Source: an uncultured delta proteobacterium (GTDB taxonomy: Bacteria; Myxococcota_A; UBA9160; SMWR01). Taken from it: DNA of 64,000 nucleotides. The notes beneath the pieces are model-generated. The model had not been told where the DNA came from and did not search any database. It worked only from the letters and a program-made list of their open reading frames with translations. Of the stretch, positions 9,518 to 18,366 are shown piece after piece. Position 1 is the first letter of the stretch. Each line of letters starts with the position of its first letter. Made by a program: the position numbers and the translations under genes. The stretch spans positions 544,001-608,000 of the forward strand of contig CAWHTE010000011.1 of NCBI GenBank assembly GCA_963832165.1, written 5' to 3'.

Positions 9518-11881
9518 GTGGTGAAGAAGTGGGGATACGCGGTCGCCGGTCTCGCATGCGCGCTGTTCGTCGCGTGCGTGGTCGAGTACTTCTTCGACAC
9601 GCCCGAGGCGTTCTTCGCCGCGCGAATCCAGCCGCGCCTGGAGTTCTGCCGCAACTGCCACATCGCCGGCGGTGTCGCGGACACCAAGGAGGGCAAGGGC
9701 CTCCAGCTGACCCAGGACCGATCGCGGGACTACCAGCTCACCCGCTTCGCTTGGCTCAAGCTGGGCGGCGGCGTCGAGACCAACCCGCTGCTGGTCAAGG
9801 CCTCCGACCCGGTCGATCCGCACAGCGGCGGCGATCCCTGGCCGACTTCGACCAGCGCCTATCACGAGGTGGTGACGCTCTTCCGCTGCTGGGACCACCC
9901 CGGCGCGTGCGATCTCCGAGCGCTCGACGAGGTGCCCGTGGATCGGCCGCTGCTCGGCAGCGCGCGCGGCGGTCACTACTGGCACGACTACTGCGAAGGC
10001 AGGCCCGACGTCGCGCCCGTTCCGCAGGATCCGCGCGAGCTCGTCGCGCCGGGCGTGAACGAGGGCAAGGCGATCTACATGAACGCCTGGTGGCAGACCT
10101 GCCAGGACGACGATCACCCCGGCACGTGTGGCGAGCTGCGCGCGCGCGTCGCACGCGGCTACAAGCTCATCGCTGCCGACGGCGAGGTCGGCGCGGGCCA
10201 CTTCTTCGGAGGCAGCTCTCCGGACGCCTCCTACGCCTTCCCGGCCGGCGACTACGCCCGGATGTGGAGCTCGATCTGGAGCCTGCCCGCGCGCCCGGAC
10301 AACTACGACGAGCTCGTGGCCGAGCGCTGGGGGACGGCGCTCTCGCGCACGCACAATCCGTATCCGCTCGACGGCGAGGATCCGAACCGGACCAACGGCG
10401 GCAGCGGACGGCTCCCGATGGGGCTCACGCAGCTGCGCAACGCGGACGGGACCTGGACGGGCAGGCTCAACGCGACCTGCAGCATCTGTCACGGCGGCAA
10501 AGTCGGGGAGGTGGCCGACGGGGCCGGGCTCGGGCCGCAGTACGGGACGAACAGCCTCTCCGATATCACCGTGATGTTCAGCGATCTCGGCCGGATCGCG
10601 CCGCAGCAGAGCGCACTCGCGGTGGTGTCGCAGAACAAGGTGCGCGGCACCGGCAACATCACCAACTTCCAGCTGTTCGGAACGCTCGAGCTGTTCGGGA
10701 ATCCGCTGGCGCTCTTGTATCCCTATCTGAGTATCCAGACCGAGCCCTCGACCGGCACCGAAGACCCGCCGGTCTGGTGGAACCTCGGACACCGCTCGGC
10801 GAAGTTCTACGACGGCGGACAGGTGGCGGACTCGCAGCGCATCGAGCTGTCGTTCCACTTTCCGAACACGCCGAGCCACGGTTTCCCGCCGCTCTCCTCG
10901 ACGATGGAGGCCGACAAGCAGTGGATCCTCGATCACCAGCACGACGGCGATGCGTGGATCACGTCGCTCGAATCGCCGCCCTGGCCCGAGCAGAGGCTCG
11001 GGCCGATCGATACGGCGCTGGCACTGCAGGGCGCGGTCCTGTTCCACAACAAGGACCTGTGGGCGCAGGCAGGCAACCCCGCGCCGCGGCCCGCGGGCGG
11101 CAACGGCTCATGCGCGAGCTGCCACGGCGCGTACTCGCCGCTCTACGTGAACGACCCGCGCTATCTCGACAGGCCGGAGCTCGAGGGCATCGCCGCACAC
11201 CTGGTGCCGATCGAGGTGATCGGGACCGATCCGCGGCGCCTGGAGGGCAACAGCCCGGCCGTCGTCGCTGCGTCTCGCAGCAGCTGGTTCGCCTACAACG
11301 ACGGTCCCGTGAACGGACTCGGCGCGCCGCTCTGCGGCAACTGGGCGGATCCCGACCTGCGCCAGGGGCGCCCGCTCGGCTACCTTGCACCGCCACTCTA
11401 CGGTGTATGGGCGACCGGGCCGTACTTCCACAACGGATCGGTGCCGACCGTCGAGCAGGTGCTCGATCCCGGAAGCCGCCCCACCTACTGGAGCCGGCTC
11501 TCCAAGCCCTCGCGACCGGATCAGCAGGGTCAGGTGGTGATGGGCTTCGACGACTCTCTCGCGACGGGCTACGACGCAGACCGGATCGGCTGGCGCTACA
11601 CGGAGCTCATGTGCGGCGCCAGCGGCACCACGCCCTATCTCGACTGCAACCCGGATCCGGAGGAGGGAGCGACCCTCCAGGACGCGCTGTCCCTAGTGTG
11701 GGCGAGCGGCGGCCTGGCCTGGAACCTGCTCAACGTGCCGATCTTCACCAATCAGCAGATCGAGGATCGCAAGGTCTACAACACGAACTACTACAGCCAG
11801 AGCAACTCCGGGCACGAGTTCACGTCCGTGCTGACGGCCCCGGAGCGGCTCGCGATCCTCGAGTATCTGAAGACGCTGTGA
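9518..11881 (+). CDS. RoxA/RoxB-family (rubber oxygenase-like) c-type cytochrome with additional N-terminal CxxCH domain
   Basis: CRNCH (9647-9661), CSICH (10478-10492), CASCH (11111-11125); NPYPLDGEDPNRTNGGSGRLP, DPPVWWNLGHR, GYLAPPLYGVWATGPYFHNGSVP, C-terminal GHEF...ILEYLKTL. Confidence 0.85.
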   Translation: MVKKWGYAVAGLACALFVACVVEYFFDTPEAFFAARIQPRLEFCRNCHIAGGVADTKEGKGLQLTQDRSRDYQLTRFAWLKLGGGVETNPLLVKASDPVDPHSGGDPWPTSTSAYHEVVTLFRCWDHPGACDLRALDEVPVDRPLLGSARGGHYWHDYCEGRPDVAPVPQDPRELVAPGVNEGKAIYMNAWWQTCQDDDHPGTCGELRARVARGYKLIAADGEVGAGHFFGGSSPDASYAFPAGDYARMWSSIWSLPARPDNYDELVAERWGTALSRTHNPYPLDGEDPNRTNGGSGRLPMGLTQLRNADGTWTGRLNATCSICHGGKVGEVADGAGLGPQYGTNSLSDITVMFSDLGRIAPQQSALAVVSQNKVRGTGNITNFQLFGTLELFGNPLALLYPYLSIQTEPSTGTEDPPVWWNLGHRSAKFYDGGQVADSQRIELSFHFPNTPSHGFPPLSSTMEADKQWILDHQHDGDAWITSLESPPWPEQRLGPIDTALALQGAVLFHNKDLWAQAGNPAPRPAGGNGSCASCHGAYSPLYVNDPRYLDRPELEGIAAHLVPIEVIGTDPRRLEGNSPAVVAASRSSWFAYNDGPVNGLGAPLCGNWADPDLRQGRPLGYLAPPLYGVWATGPYFHNGSVPTVEQVLDPGSRPTYWSRLSKPSRPDQQGQVVMGFDDSLATGYDADRIGWRYTELMCGASGTTPYLDCNPDPEEGATLQDALSLVWASGGLAWNLLNVPIFTNQQIEDRKVYNTNYYSQSNSGHEFTSVLTAPERLAILEYLKTL

Positions 11882-11889
11882 GGGGCTGG

Positions 11890-12240
11890 TCAGGCTGGGC
11901 GCTTGATGTAGACGTCCACGCGCGCGATGCGGCCCGCGGCGTCGAATTCGAACAGCAGCGCCTCGGGCGTGCGAAAGCGACCGCTGTCCCGATCGATCGT
12001 CTCGGACAGCTCGACGACGGCGCCCCCACCCTCGATCGGGCGGATCCGCGCGACGTCGAGCTCGTAGTTGGGAAGCTTCGGAATCACGCCGGCCAGGAAC
12101 GCGACGTAGGACTCGCGACCGCGCACCTCGTCGAGGAATGGGCCCGTGCGGTGCACGTCCTTCGCAAGCGTGTCCGCGAGCGCGTCCCAGTCGTGCGCGC
12201 GCATTGCCGCGAAATAGCGCTCGAGCACCTCCGTGTTCAC
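11890..12240 (-). CDS. SnoaL-like / NTF2-family protein
   Basis: VLERYFAAMRAHDWDALADTLAKDV...FEFDAAGRIARVDVY; GTG start overlaps the cofE stop. Confidence 0.85.
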   Translation of the reverse strand: MNTEVLERYFAAMRAHDWDALADTLAKDVHRTGPFLDEVRGRESYVAFLAGVIPKLPNYELDVARIRPIEGGGAVVELSETIDRDSGRFRTPEALLFEFDAAGRIARVDVYIKRPA

Positions 12241-12998
12241 CTGAATAGATCCGTCGCGGGGTCGCGCAGCGTCTGGCGCACCGTGCCGTCGCCCGAGAGC
12301 ACGACGCCCGTGACCCAGACCGCGGGAATGCCCGCGTCCTTGCGCATGAGCAGACCCGCGGCCGCCGCGAGCTGATCCGCGGTGGCGGTCGCCGTGACCT
12401 CGAGCGGGCGGCCGACCCAGTCGGTGGAGCCGCGCAGATCGTCGATCGGCGCGATGCCCGCGCTGCCGAGCGCCACGTCGACGAGCCCCTCGCGCCACGG
12501 CCGCCCGAACGTGTCGGAGACCACCACGGCGAGCGGTCCAGCACCGAGCTTCTCCAGCCCCGCGCGCAGCGCGCGCGCGGACGCGTCGGGGTCGTCGGGC
12601 AAGAGCACCGCGGTGTCGGGGCCGGCCGCGTTCGAGAGGTCGACACCCGAGTTCGCGCACACGAATCCGTGGCGCGTCTCGGTGATCAGCGTGCGGTAGC
12701 CGCGCCGCACGATCCGCACCGACTCGCGCAGCACGATCTCCATGTGGCGCGGATCCTTGCCGTCTTCGGCTGCGATCCGGCGCGCCTCGTCGGACGGGGT
12801 GACGTCCGCGAGCGCGACGATCCGGCCCTCGGCCTTCGACACGATCTTCTGGCACACCACGAGCACGCCGTTCGCGAGCGCGAGGTGCTGCGCGGCCGCG
12901 GCGCCGTGGATCAGCTGCGCGAGGTCGTCGCCGGGCCGCACCGCCGGGAGACCCGCGATCGCCACAAGCTCGATCCTTTCGGCCTCCTTGCGGCTCAC
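12237..12998 (-). CDS. cofE: Coenzyme F420-0:L-glutamate ligase (single-domain)
   Basis: GLPAVRPGDDLA, QKIVSKAEGR, GFVCANSGVDLSN, SDTFGRPWREG. Confidence 0.93.
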   Translation of the reverse strand: MSRKEAERIELVAIAGLPAVRPGDDLAQLIHGAAAAQHLALANGVLVVCQKIVSKAEGRIVALADVTPSDEARRIAAEDGKDPRHMEIVLRESVRIVRRGYRTLITETRHGFVCANSGVDLSNAAGPDTAVLLPDDPDASARALRAGLEKLGAGPLAVVVSDTFGRPWREGLVDVALGSAGIAPIDDLRGSTDWVGRPLEVTATATADQLAAAAGLLMRKDAGIPAVWVTGVVLSGDGTVRQTLRDPATDLFR

Positions 12999-13621
12999 GC
13001 GCGCCACGCCTCGAGCAGTGCGCGCGTGCGCGCGCCGAGCGTGGGCTGGGCGAGGATCGCGTGCGCGTCTTCGGCGCGGTCGACGTCGATCGCGAGCGAG
13101 GCCAGCGCGAGCTCGACCAGCGGCGCGCCCGCGTCCGTTGCGGCCTCGCGGTGGCGCTTGGCGCTGTCGCGGCCGAAGCGCGCGGGGATCACGTCGCGCG
13201 GCCGCCGCAACAGCGCCGACGTGCCGCCGTCGCGCGACGGCGCGAGCACCACGCCGCGCGCGGGCGCGGCCGCGAGCAGCTGTGAAACTTCCTCGGGGTC
13301 GGCCGCGGCGACGTCGCCCAGCATCACGAGCACGCCGTCGCCGGGCCCCGCGATCTCCGCGCTCGCGGCCTCGATCGCGGCATTGAGGCCGGGATCGTCG
13401 CGCAGCAGCGCCTGCGCGCCCTGGGCCTCGGCAGCCTGCGCCACTTCGGGATCGGGCGTCACGACCGCAACGCGCGCGACGCCGGCCACTGCGCGCAGAC
13501 ACGCGATCACGTCGCCCATCATCGCGAGCGAGAGCGCCTCGACGTCGCCGCGCGCGCGCTCGGGGAACAGGCGCGACTTCGATTCCGCGAGCGCCTTCAC
13601 GGGGACGACCGCGGCGATCAC
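12995..13621 (-). CDS. cofC: 2-phospho-L-lactate/PEP guanylyltransferase
   Basis: VVPVKALAESKSRL, AMMGDVI, GLNAAI, DGGTSAL, FGRDSAKRH, IDVDRAED. Confidence 0.9.
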   Translation of the reverse strand: MIAAVVPVKALAESKSRLFPERARGDVEALSLAMMGDVIACLRAVAGVARVAVVTPDPEVAQAAEAQGAQALLRDDPGLNAAIEAASAEIAGPGDGVLVMLGDVAAADPEEVSQLLAAAPARGVVLAPSRDGGTSALLRRPRDVIPARFGRDSAKRHREAATDAGAPLVELALASLAIDVDRAEDAHAILAQPTLGARTRALLEAWRA

Positions 13622-14579
13622 GCGACCTCTCGCGCGAGGGCGAGCGCGCTGCGCGCGAGCTCGGCCGCGATCTCGGGGCTGCGCATCAGCGTGTCGACTG
13701 CGCGCGCGCGCACGCCGAGCGCCTCGACGTCGGCGCTGCTGCGCCGCGTCGCGCGTGTCGAGCACGTAGCCGTCGAGCAGCTCGCCGTAGAGCGCGGCGA
13801 CGCCGCGCGCCGATACCTCGTGGCCGAGCCCGCGCAGCAGGCGATCGGCGGGGCCCTTCACGGGCACGCCGCCGATGATCGGCGAGATCGCGACCACGGG
13901 CGCGCGCGCCGCGAGCAGCGCGTCGCGGATCCCCGGGACTTCCAGGATCGGGCCGATCGACACGATCGGATTGCTCGGGCAGAACACGATCACGTCGGCG
14001 CGCGCGATCGCATCGAGCACGCCCGGACCCGGCCGCGCGCGGCGCGCCGGCCGAGAGGTCGACGCCGGAGACGTCATCGGGCGCGCCGTCGCGCGCGAGG
14101 TATTCCTCGAAGTGCACGCTGCGCCCGCCCGTGAGCACGACATGGGTCGGGCACGGATCCTCCGACATCACGAGAATCCGCGATGCGACGCCGAGCGCGC
14201 GGCGCAGCTCGTCCGCAATCGCGCCGAGCCCCGCGCCCTGCGCGAGCCGCATCGTCCGGTGAAGGCAGTGCGCGAAGTCGCGGTCGCCGAGCCGGAACCA
14301 GGTCTCGTGGCCGAGCGCGCCGAGCGCGTCGATCACCGCGGTGGTGTCGCCTTCGAGCCCGTAGCCGCGCGCGCGGTCGACGAGGCCCGCGAGCGTGTAG
14401 GTCACGATGTCGACGTCGGGCGACACGTGCACGCCGTAGAAGCGCATGTCGTCGCCCGTGTTCACGATCACCGAGACGTCTTCGGGCGGGACCGCGCGCA
14501 CGAGCCCGGCCAGGAAGCGCGCCGCGCCGACGCCGCCCGCGAGCGCAACGACGCTCGCGCGCGTGGCTTCAGGGGGCAT
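13618..14579 (-). CDS. cofD: LPPG/EPPG:FO transferase (indels ~14045 and ~13740)
   Basis: LAGGVGAARF, NTGDD, SPDVDIVTYTL, WFRLGDRD, HFEEY, PSNPIVSIGPIL, VKGPA. Confidence 0.92.
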
Positions 14580-15129
14580 CGGGCGCGGGAGCGGGCGCAG
14601 TGCCCGCTGCCGCCTCGCGCTGCTTGCGCAGCTCGCGCAGCTCGTCCTGGAGCCGCGGCAGCCGATCGGCGATCGCGGCCACCTCGCCCGAGTCGCTCTC
14701 ACGCGACACGCGTTCGGGATCGCTGATGTAGTTGCCGAGCTCGGTCTCGTCGGCCTCGATCCTCTTCTCGAGATCCGCAATGCGCGCGTCGAGCGCCGCG
14801 ACCTTCTCGTCCACGGGCGGTGCGGGCGGCGGCGCCGACTGGACGGGCGGCTCCGCCGCAGGCGCGCTCTGTTCGGCGGCGGATTTCTGGGCGGCGCGCG
14901 TCTCGCCCGCGGGCGTCTCGGCCACGCGCGCGCCTTCGCGCTCCGCGGCGATCTCGATCGCCGAGCTGCGCAGCTCCTCGGGGATGCGCTCGACCACGGT
15001 GGTGTAGCGGACGGCGCCGGAAGCATCCGACCACTGGTACAGGGGATCGCGCGCACCGGCTGCTGCAGGGGCTGCAATCGCGAGCGCGGCGACCGCGCAC
15101 AGGGCCCGAAGCGGAGTCGTGTTCGTCAT
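14569..15129 (-). CDS. Exported DUF4124-like protein with C-terminal coiled coil
   Basis: Signal peptide then LYQWSDASGAVRYTT...IP; heptad-rich C-terminus. Confidence 0.75.
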   Translation of the reverse strand: MTNTTPLRALCAVAALAIAAPAAAGARDPLYQWSDASGAVRYTTVVERIPEELRSSAIEIAAEREGARVAETPAGETRAAQKSAAEQSAPAAEPPVQSAPPPAPPVDEKVAALDARIADLEKRIEADETELGNYISDPERVSRESDSGEVAAIADRLPRLQDELRELRKQREAAAGTAPAPAPDAP

Positions 15130-15289
15130 CTCGAAAGTGTCGAAGAGCGAAGCGGGAGCGTCAACCGCCGTGTGCGCGGGTTCGCGCCGCGCCGTGTGCC
15201 CGCGGTCACGGCGACGCTCGCGCCCGGCGCACAAACGCGTGAAATCGCACGGCCGGGCCTGCGGCACGCGGATTGCTCTCTCGCTGCGC

Positions 15290-16840
15290 ATGACTTCGAT
15301 GCGCTCCCGAATCGCGGCGCTGGCGGCTTGTGGAATCGCGGCACTCGCCGCGGCAGGCGATCTCGCGGCCGAACGCTGGCTGCCCCTCGAGGCGCCCGCG
15401 GGCATCGACCGCGCGGCCGAGGCGCTCGCGGTCGATCCCGGCACGGGCCGGATCGCCGTGGGCGGCGAGCGCGGCGTCGCGCTCGGCCCGCTCGAGGGCC
15501 CGCTCGTGCGCGTGCTCACGCGCGGGCCCGTACACGATCTGGTGTTCGAGCGGAGTGGCGCGCTGCTCGCGGCTACGGAGGTGGGGCTGTATCGGATCGA
15601 GGCGCCCGATCGCGTGAGCACGGAGGACATCGCGACGGGTGATGCGGCGCGACAGGTCCGCGCGCTCGCCATGGCCGGGGAAGTCGCGATCGCGGCGACT
15701 GCCGCGGGCGTGTTCGAGCGCGTGACGCGCGAGCCATCGCTGTGGCGGCGCGTTCCGGGGCTGCCTTTCGGCGAGGCGCAGCGCGTCGCGACGACGAGCG
15801 GTCCGGGCGGGCAGCTCGAAGTGTGGGCCGCGATCGACAATGCGCTCTGGAGTGCGAACGCGGAGCAGGGCGCGCGCCGCGTGACGCTGCCCGGTGTCGC
15901 GCAGGGCGAGGAGGGCCCCGTCGATCTCGCGCGCGGACCCTCGGGTGAGCTGCTCGTCGTGCTGCGCCGCTCGCTCGCGGTCCGCGACGCGGCGGGCGAA
16001 TGGCGGACGCTGCCGCTCGTGTTGCCGCCGGGCGCGCTGCCGCGGCGGATCGCGGCTGAGCCGGGTCGCCTCTGGCTCGCGACCGACGCGGGCCTGCTCT
16101 TCGCGAGCGGCTTCGCAGGTCCGTGGCAGCGGGCCGGCGCGCCGGCCGGCAACGCGGTGGCCACCGCGCTCGCGGGCGAGCGCGATCGCCTGCTGGTCGC
16201 GACCGCGCAGGGGCTGCTTCGACATTCGAGAGTGTCGGCCTCCGCGAGCGCGGCGTCGGCGGCCGCGGCGCCGCGCGCGCAGCGCGGCGATCCGCCGATC
16301 ACCACAGTGCAGCGCCGTGCGCTCCACTACGTGTCGCTCGACCCGCGGCGCATGCGCGAGCTCTGGGACGCCGCGGGCCGTCGCGCCTGGGCGCCCGAGG
16401 TGATCGTGCGCGGCGACTACGGCCGCGATGACGACCATACGTACAGCTACGACGAGGCCTTCATCTCGGGCTCGACCCACTCGCTCTTCGACCGCGATCG
16501 CTCGAACGCGGACGGCTACGCGGTCTCGCTCGCGCTGTCGTGGGACCTCGGCGACGCCGTGTTCAACCTCGACCGGATCGACGTCTCGCGCGAGGCGCGG
16601 CTCGTGATCCAGCTGCGCGACGACGTGCTCGACGAGGTGACCCAGCTCTACTTCGAGCGACAGCGCGTGCTCGCGTCGCTCGACGCGCCGGCTGCCGACG
16701 TACCGGTCGCGCTGCTGCGCCTGCGCGCCGCCGAGCTCGCATCCGGCCTGGACGCGTGGACGGGCGGCTGGTTCAGCGAGCAGCTCGCTCGTCCGGCTTC
16801 TGCAGGTCCCTCCATCCCCGCACAGGAATCCCAACCATGA
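15290..16840 (+). CDS. Exported protein: beta-propeller-like repeats plus C-terminal OEP/TolC-like helical-beta unit
   Basis: Signal peptide; repeats LLAATEVGLY/IAATAAGVF/LWLATDAGLL/LLVATAQGL; APEVIVRGDYG...SLALSWDLG...VTQLYFERQR...LDAWTGG. Confidence 0.7.
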   Translation: MTSMRSRIAALAACGIAALAAAGDLAAERWLPLEAPAGIDRAAEALAVDPGTGRIAVGGERGVALGPLEGPLVRVLTRGPVHDLVFERSGALLAATEVGLYRIEAPDRVSTEDIATGDAARQVRALAMAGEVAIAATAAGVFERVTREPSLWRRVPGLPFGEAQRVATTSGPGGQLEVWAAIDNALWSANAEQGARRVTLPGVAQGEEGPVDLARGPSGELLVVLRRSLAVRDAAGEWRTLPLVLPPGALPRRIAAEPGRLWLATDAGLLFASGFAGPWQRAGAPAGNAVATALAGERDRLLVATAQGLLRHSRVSASASAASAAAAPRAQRGDPPITTVQRRALHYVSLDPRRMRELWDAAGRRAWAPEVIVRGDYGRDDDHTYSYDEAFISGSTHSLFDRDRSNADGYAVSLALSWDLGDAVFNLDRIDVSREARLVIQLRDDVLDEVTQLYFERQRVLASLDAPAADVPVALLRLRAAELASGLDAWTGGWFSEQLARPASAGPSIPAQESQP

Positions 16841-17484
16841 TCTGTTCGCTTCGCGGCCTCCGGGCCGCCACTGCTGCGCTGTGCTGTGTCGCGGCGCCGC
16901 TCGGGGCGCACGCGCTGCCCGTGCTGTCCGAGGTCTTCTACGACGCGATCGGCGTCGACGACGGCCTGTCGTTCGTCGAGCTCTACGGTGCGCCCGGAAC
17001 GGATCTGTCCGGCATGCTGATCCAGGGCATCAACGGAACCGGCGGCACCCTGACCGACGACATCACGCTCTCGGGCGTGATCCCCGCCGACGGCCTGTTC
17101 GTGATCGCGGACGGGCTCGCAGACGGAACGACGCAGGTCGCCAACGCCGACCTGATCGCCAACTTCGACTTCCAGAACGGTCCGGACTCCGTGGTGCTGT
17201 TCTCGGGAGAAGTCGCGCTGGACGCGGTCGGGTACGGCGTGTTCGCGGTCACCGATGTGTTCGCGGGGGAGGGCAGCTCCCGCGGTCGACCCCGCTGCGG
17301 GCATGGCGATCGCGCGCGCGTTCGCGGACATCGATACGGACGACAACGCGATCGATTTCATCGCGGGCGCGCCCACGCCCGGCAGCGCCGCGTTCTCGAG
17401 CGTGCCGGAGCCCAGTGTCGCGGCGCTGCTCTCGTTCGGTCTGTGCGCGCTCGCATGGCGGGCCGCAAACGCCATCCCCTCTGA
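16837..17484 (+). CDS. Lamin-tail-domain protein with PEP-CTERM sorting signal (indels ~17278, ~17460)
   Basis: VLSEVFYDAIG...FVELYG...DLSG, FQNGPDSVVL, DTDDNAIDF...PTPG; VPEPSVAALLSFGLCALAW plus basic tail. Confidence 0.82.
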   Translation: MICSLRGLRAATAALCCVAAPLGAHALPVLSEVFYDAIGVDDGLSFVELYGAPGTDLSGMLIQGINGTGGTLTDDITLSGVIPADGLFVIADGLADGTTQVANADLIANFDFQNGPDSVVLFSGEVALDAVGYGVFAVTDVFAGEGSSRGRPRCGHGDRARVRGHRYGRQRDRFHRGRAHARQRRVLERAGAQCRGAALVRSVRARMAGRKRHPL

Positions 17485-17616
17485 TTCCGATTCAGGGCGG
17501 CGGTTCTCCTCCCGCCGTTCGCCGCCCCGGCGCTCGACGCAGCGCGCGCCGGGGCGGCTTCCCGTCTTGCCGGGCCTTCGCGCTCGCTGATCGCTCGCGC
17601 TCGGGCTCCGGCCTTC

Positions 17617-17639
17617 GCTCGGCTTCGCCTCGCTGCGCG
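17617..17639 (-). repeat. REP-like GNA-hairpin repeat copy (CGCGCAGCGAGGCGAAGCCGAGC)
   Basis: 21/23 identical to the copies at 53132 and 58198; intergenic. Confidence 0.65.
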
Positions 17640-17702
17640 TCGGCCGACTTCGTCGGCCTCCTTGCGTTTGTCGGGCCTTTGCCAGCTACGCTCCGTGCGC
17701 CG

Positions 17703-18366
17703 ATGGACATCCATCGCGTCTATCGCGCGCTGGGCACGGGGTTCCGCCGCCGCCGCATGCGGCGCTTCGAGCGCGTGTTCCATCCGACCGCGCACACGCG
17801 CATCCTGGACGTCGGCGGCGCGCGCCAGACCTGGGATCTGCTCGCGTCGCAGCCGCGCGTCACGCTGCTGAACCTGGACCGCGCGGCGCTCGGCGACGCC
17901 GCGCCGGGCCGCTTCGACGCGGTCACGGCGTCGGCCCTGTGCCTGCCGCATGCGGACGACTCGTTCGACATCGCGTTCTGCAACTCGGTGATCGAGCACG
18001 TCGGCGCGCTCGACGAGCAGCGCGCGCTGGCCGTGCAGCTGCGGCGCGTCGCGCGCGGACTCTGGGTGCAGACGCCGGCGCGCAGCTTCTTCGTCGAGCC
18101 GCATCTGCTGACGCCGTTCTTCCACTTCCTGCCGCGAAGCTGGCAGCGCCGCCTCGCGCGCAATTTCACGTCTGTGGGGTTGGTTCACGCGGCCCGACCC
18201 GCAGCGCGCGCGGGAAATGGTCGACGGGATCCGGCTGCTCTGCTATCGCGAGTTCGCTGCACTGTTTCCGGACTGCGAGATCCGGCGCGAGCGCTTCCTG
18301 GGCTGGACGAAGTCCTACGTGGCAGTGCGGCCTGAAGGCCCGACAAGGGGGGGTGGGCGAGCATGA
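17703..18366 (+). CDS. Class I SAM-dependent methyltransferase (indel ~18170)
   Basis: ILDVGG, FDIAFCNSVIEHVG, WVQTP...EPH. Confidence 0.85.
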
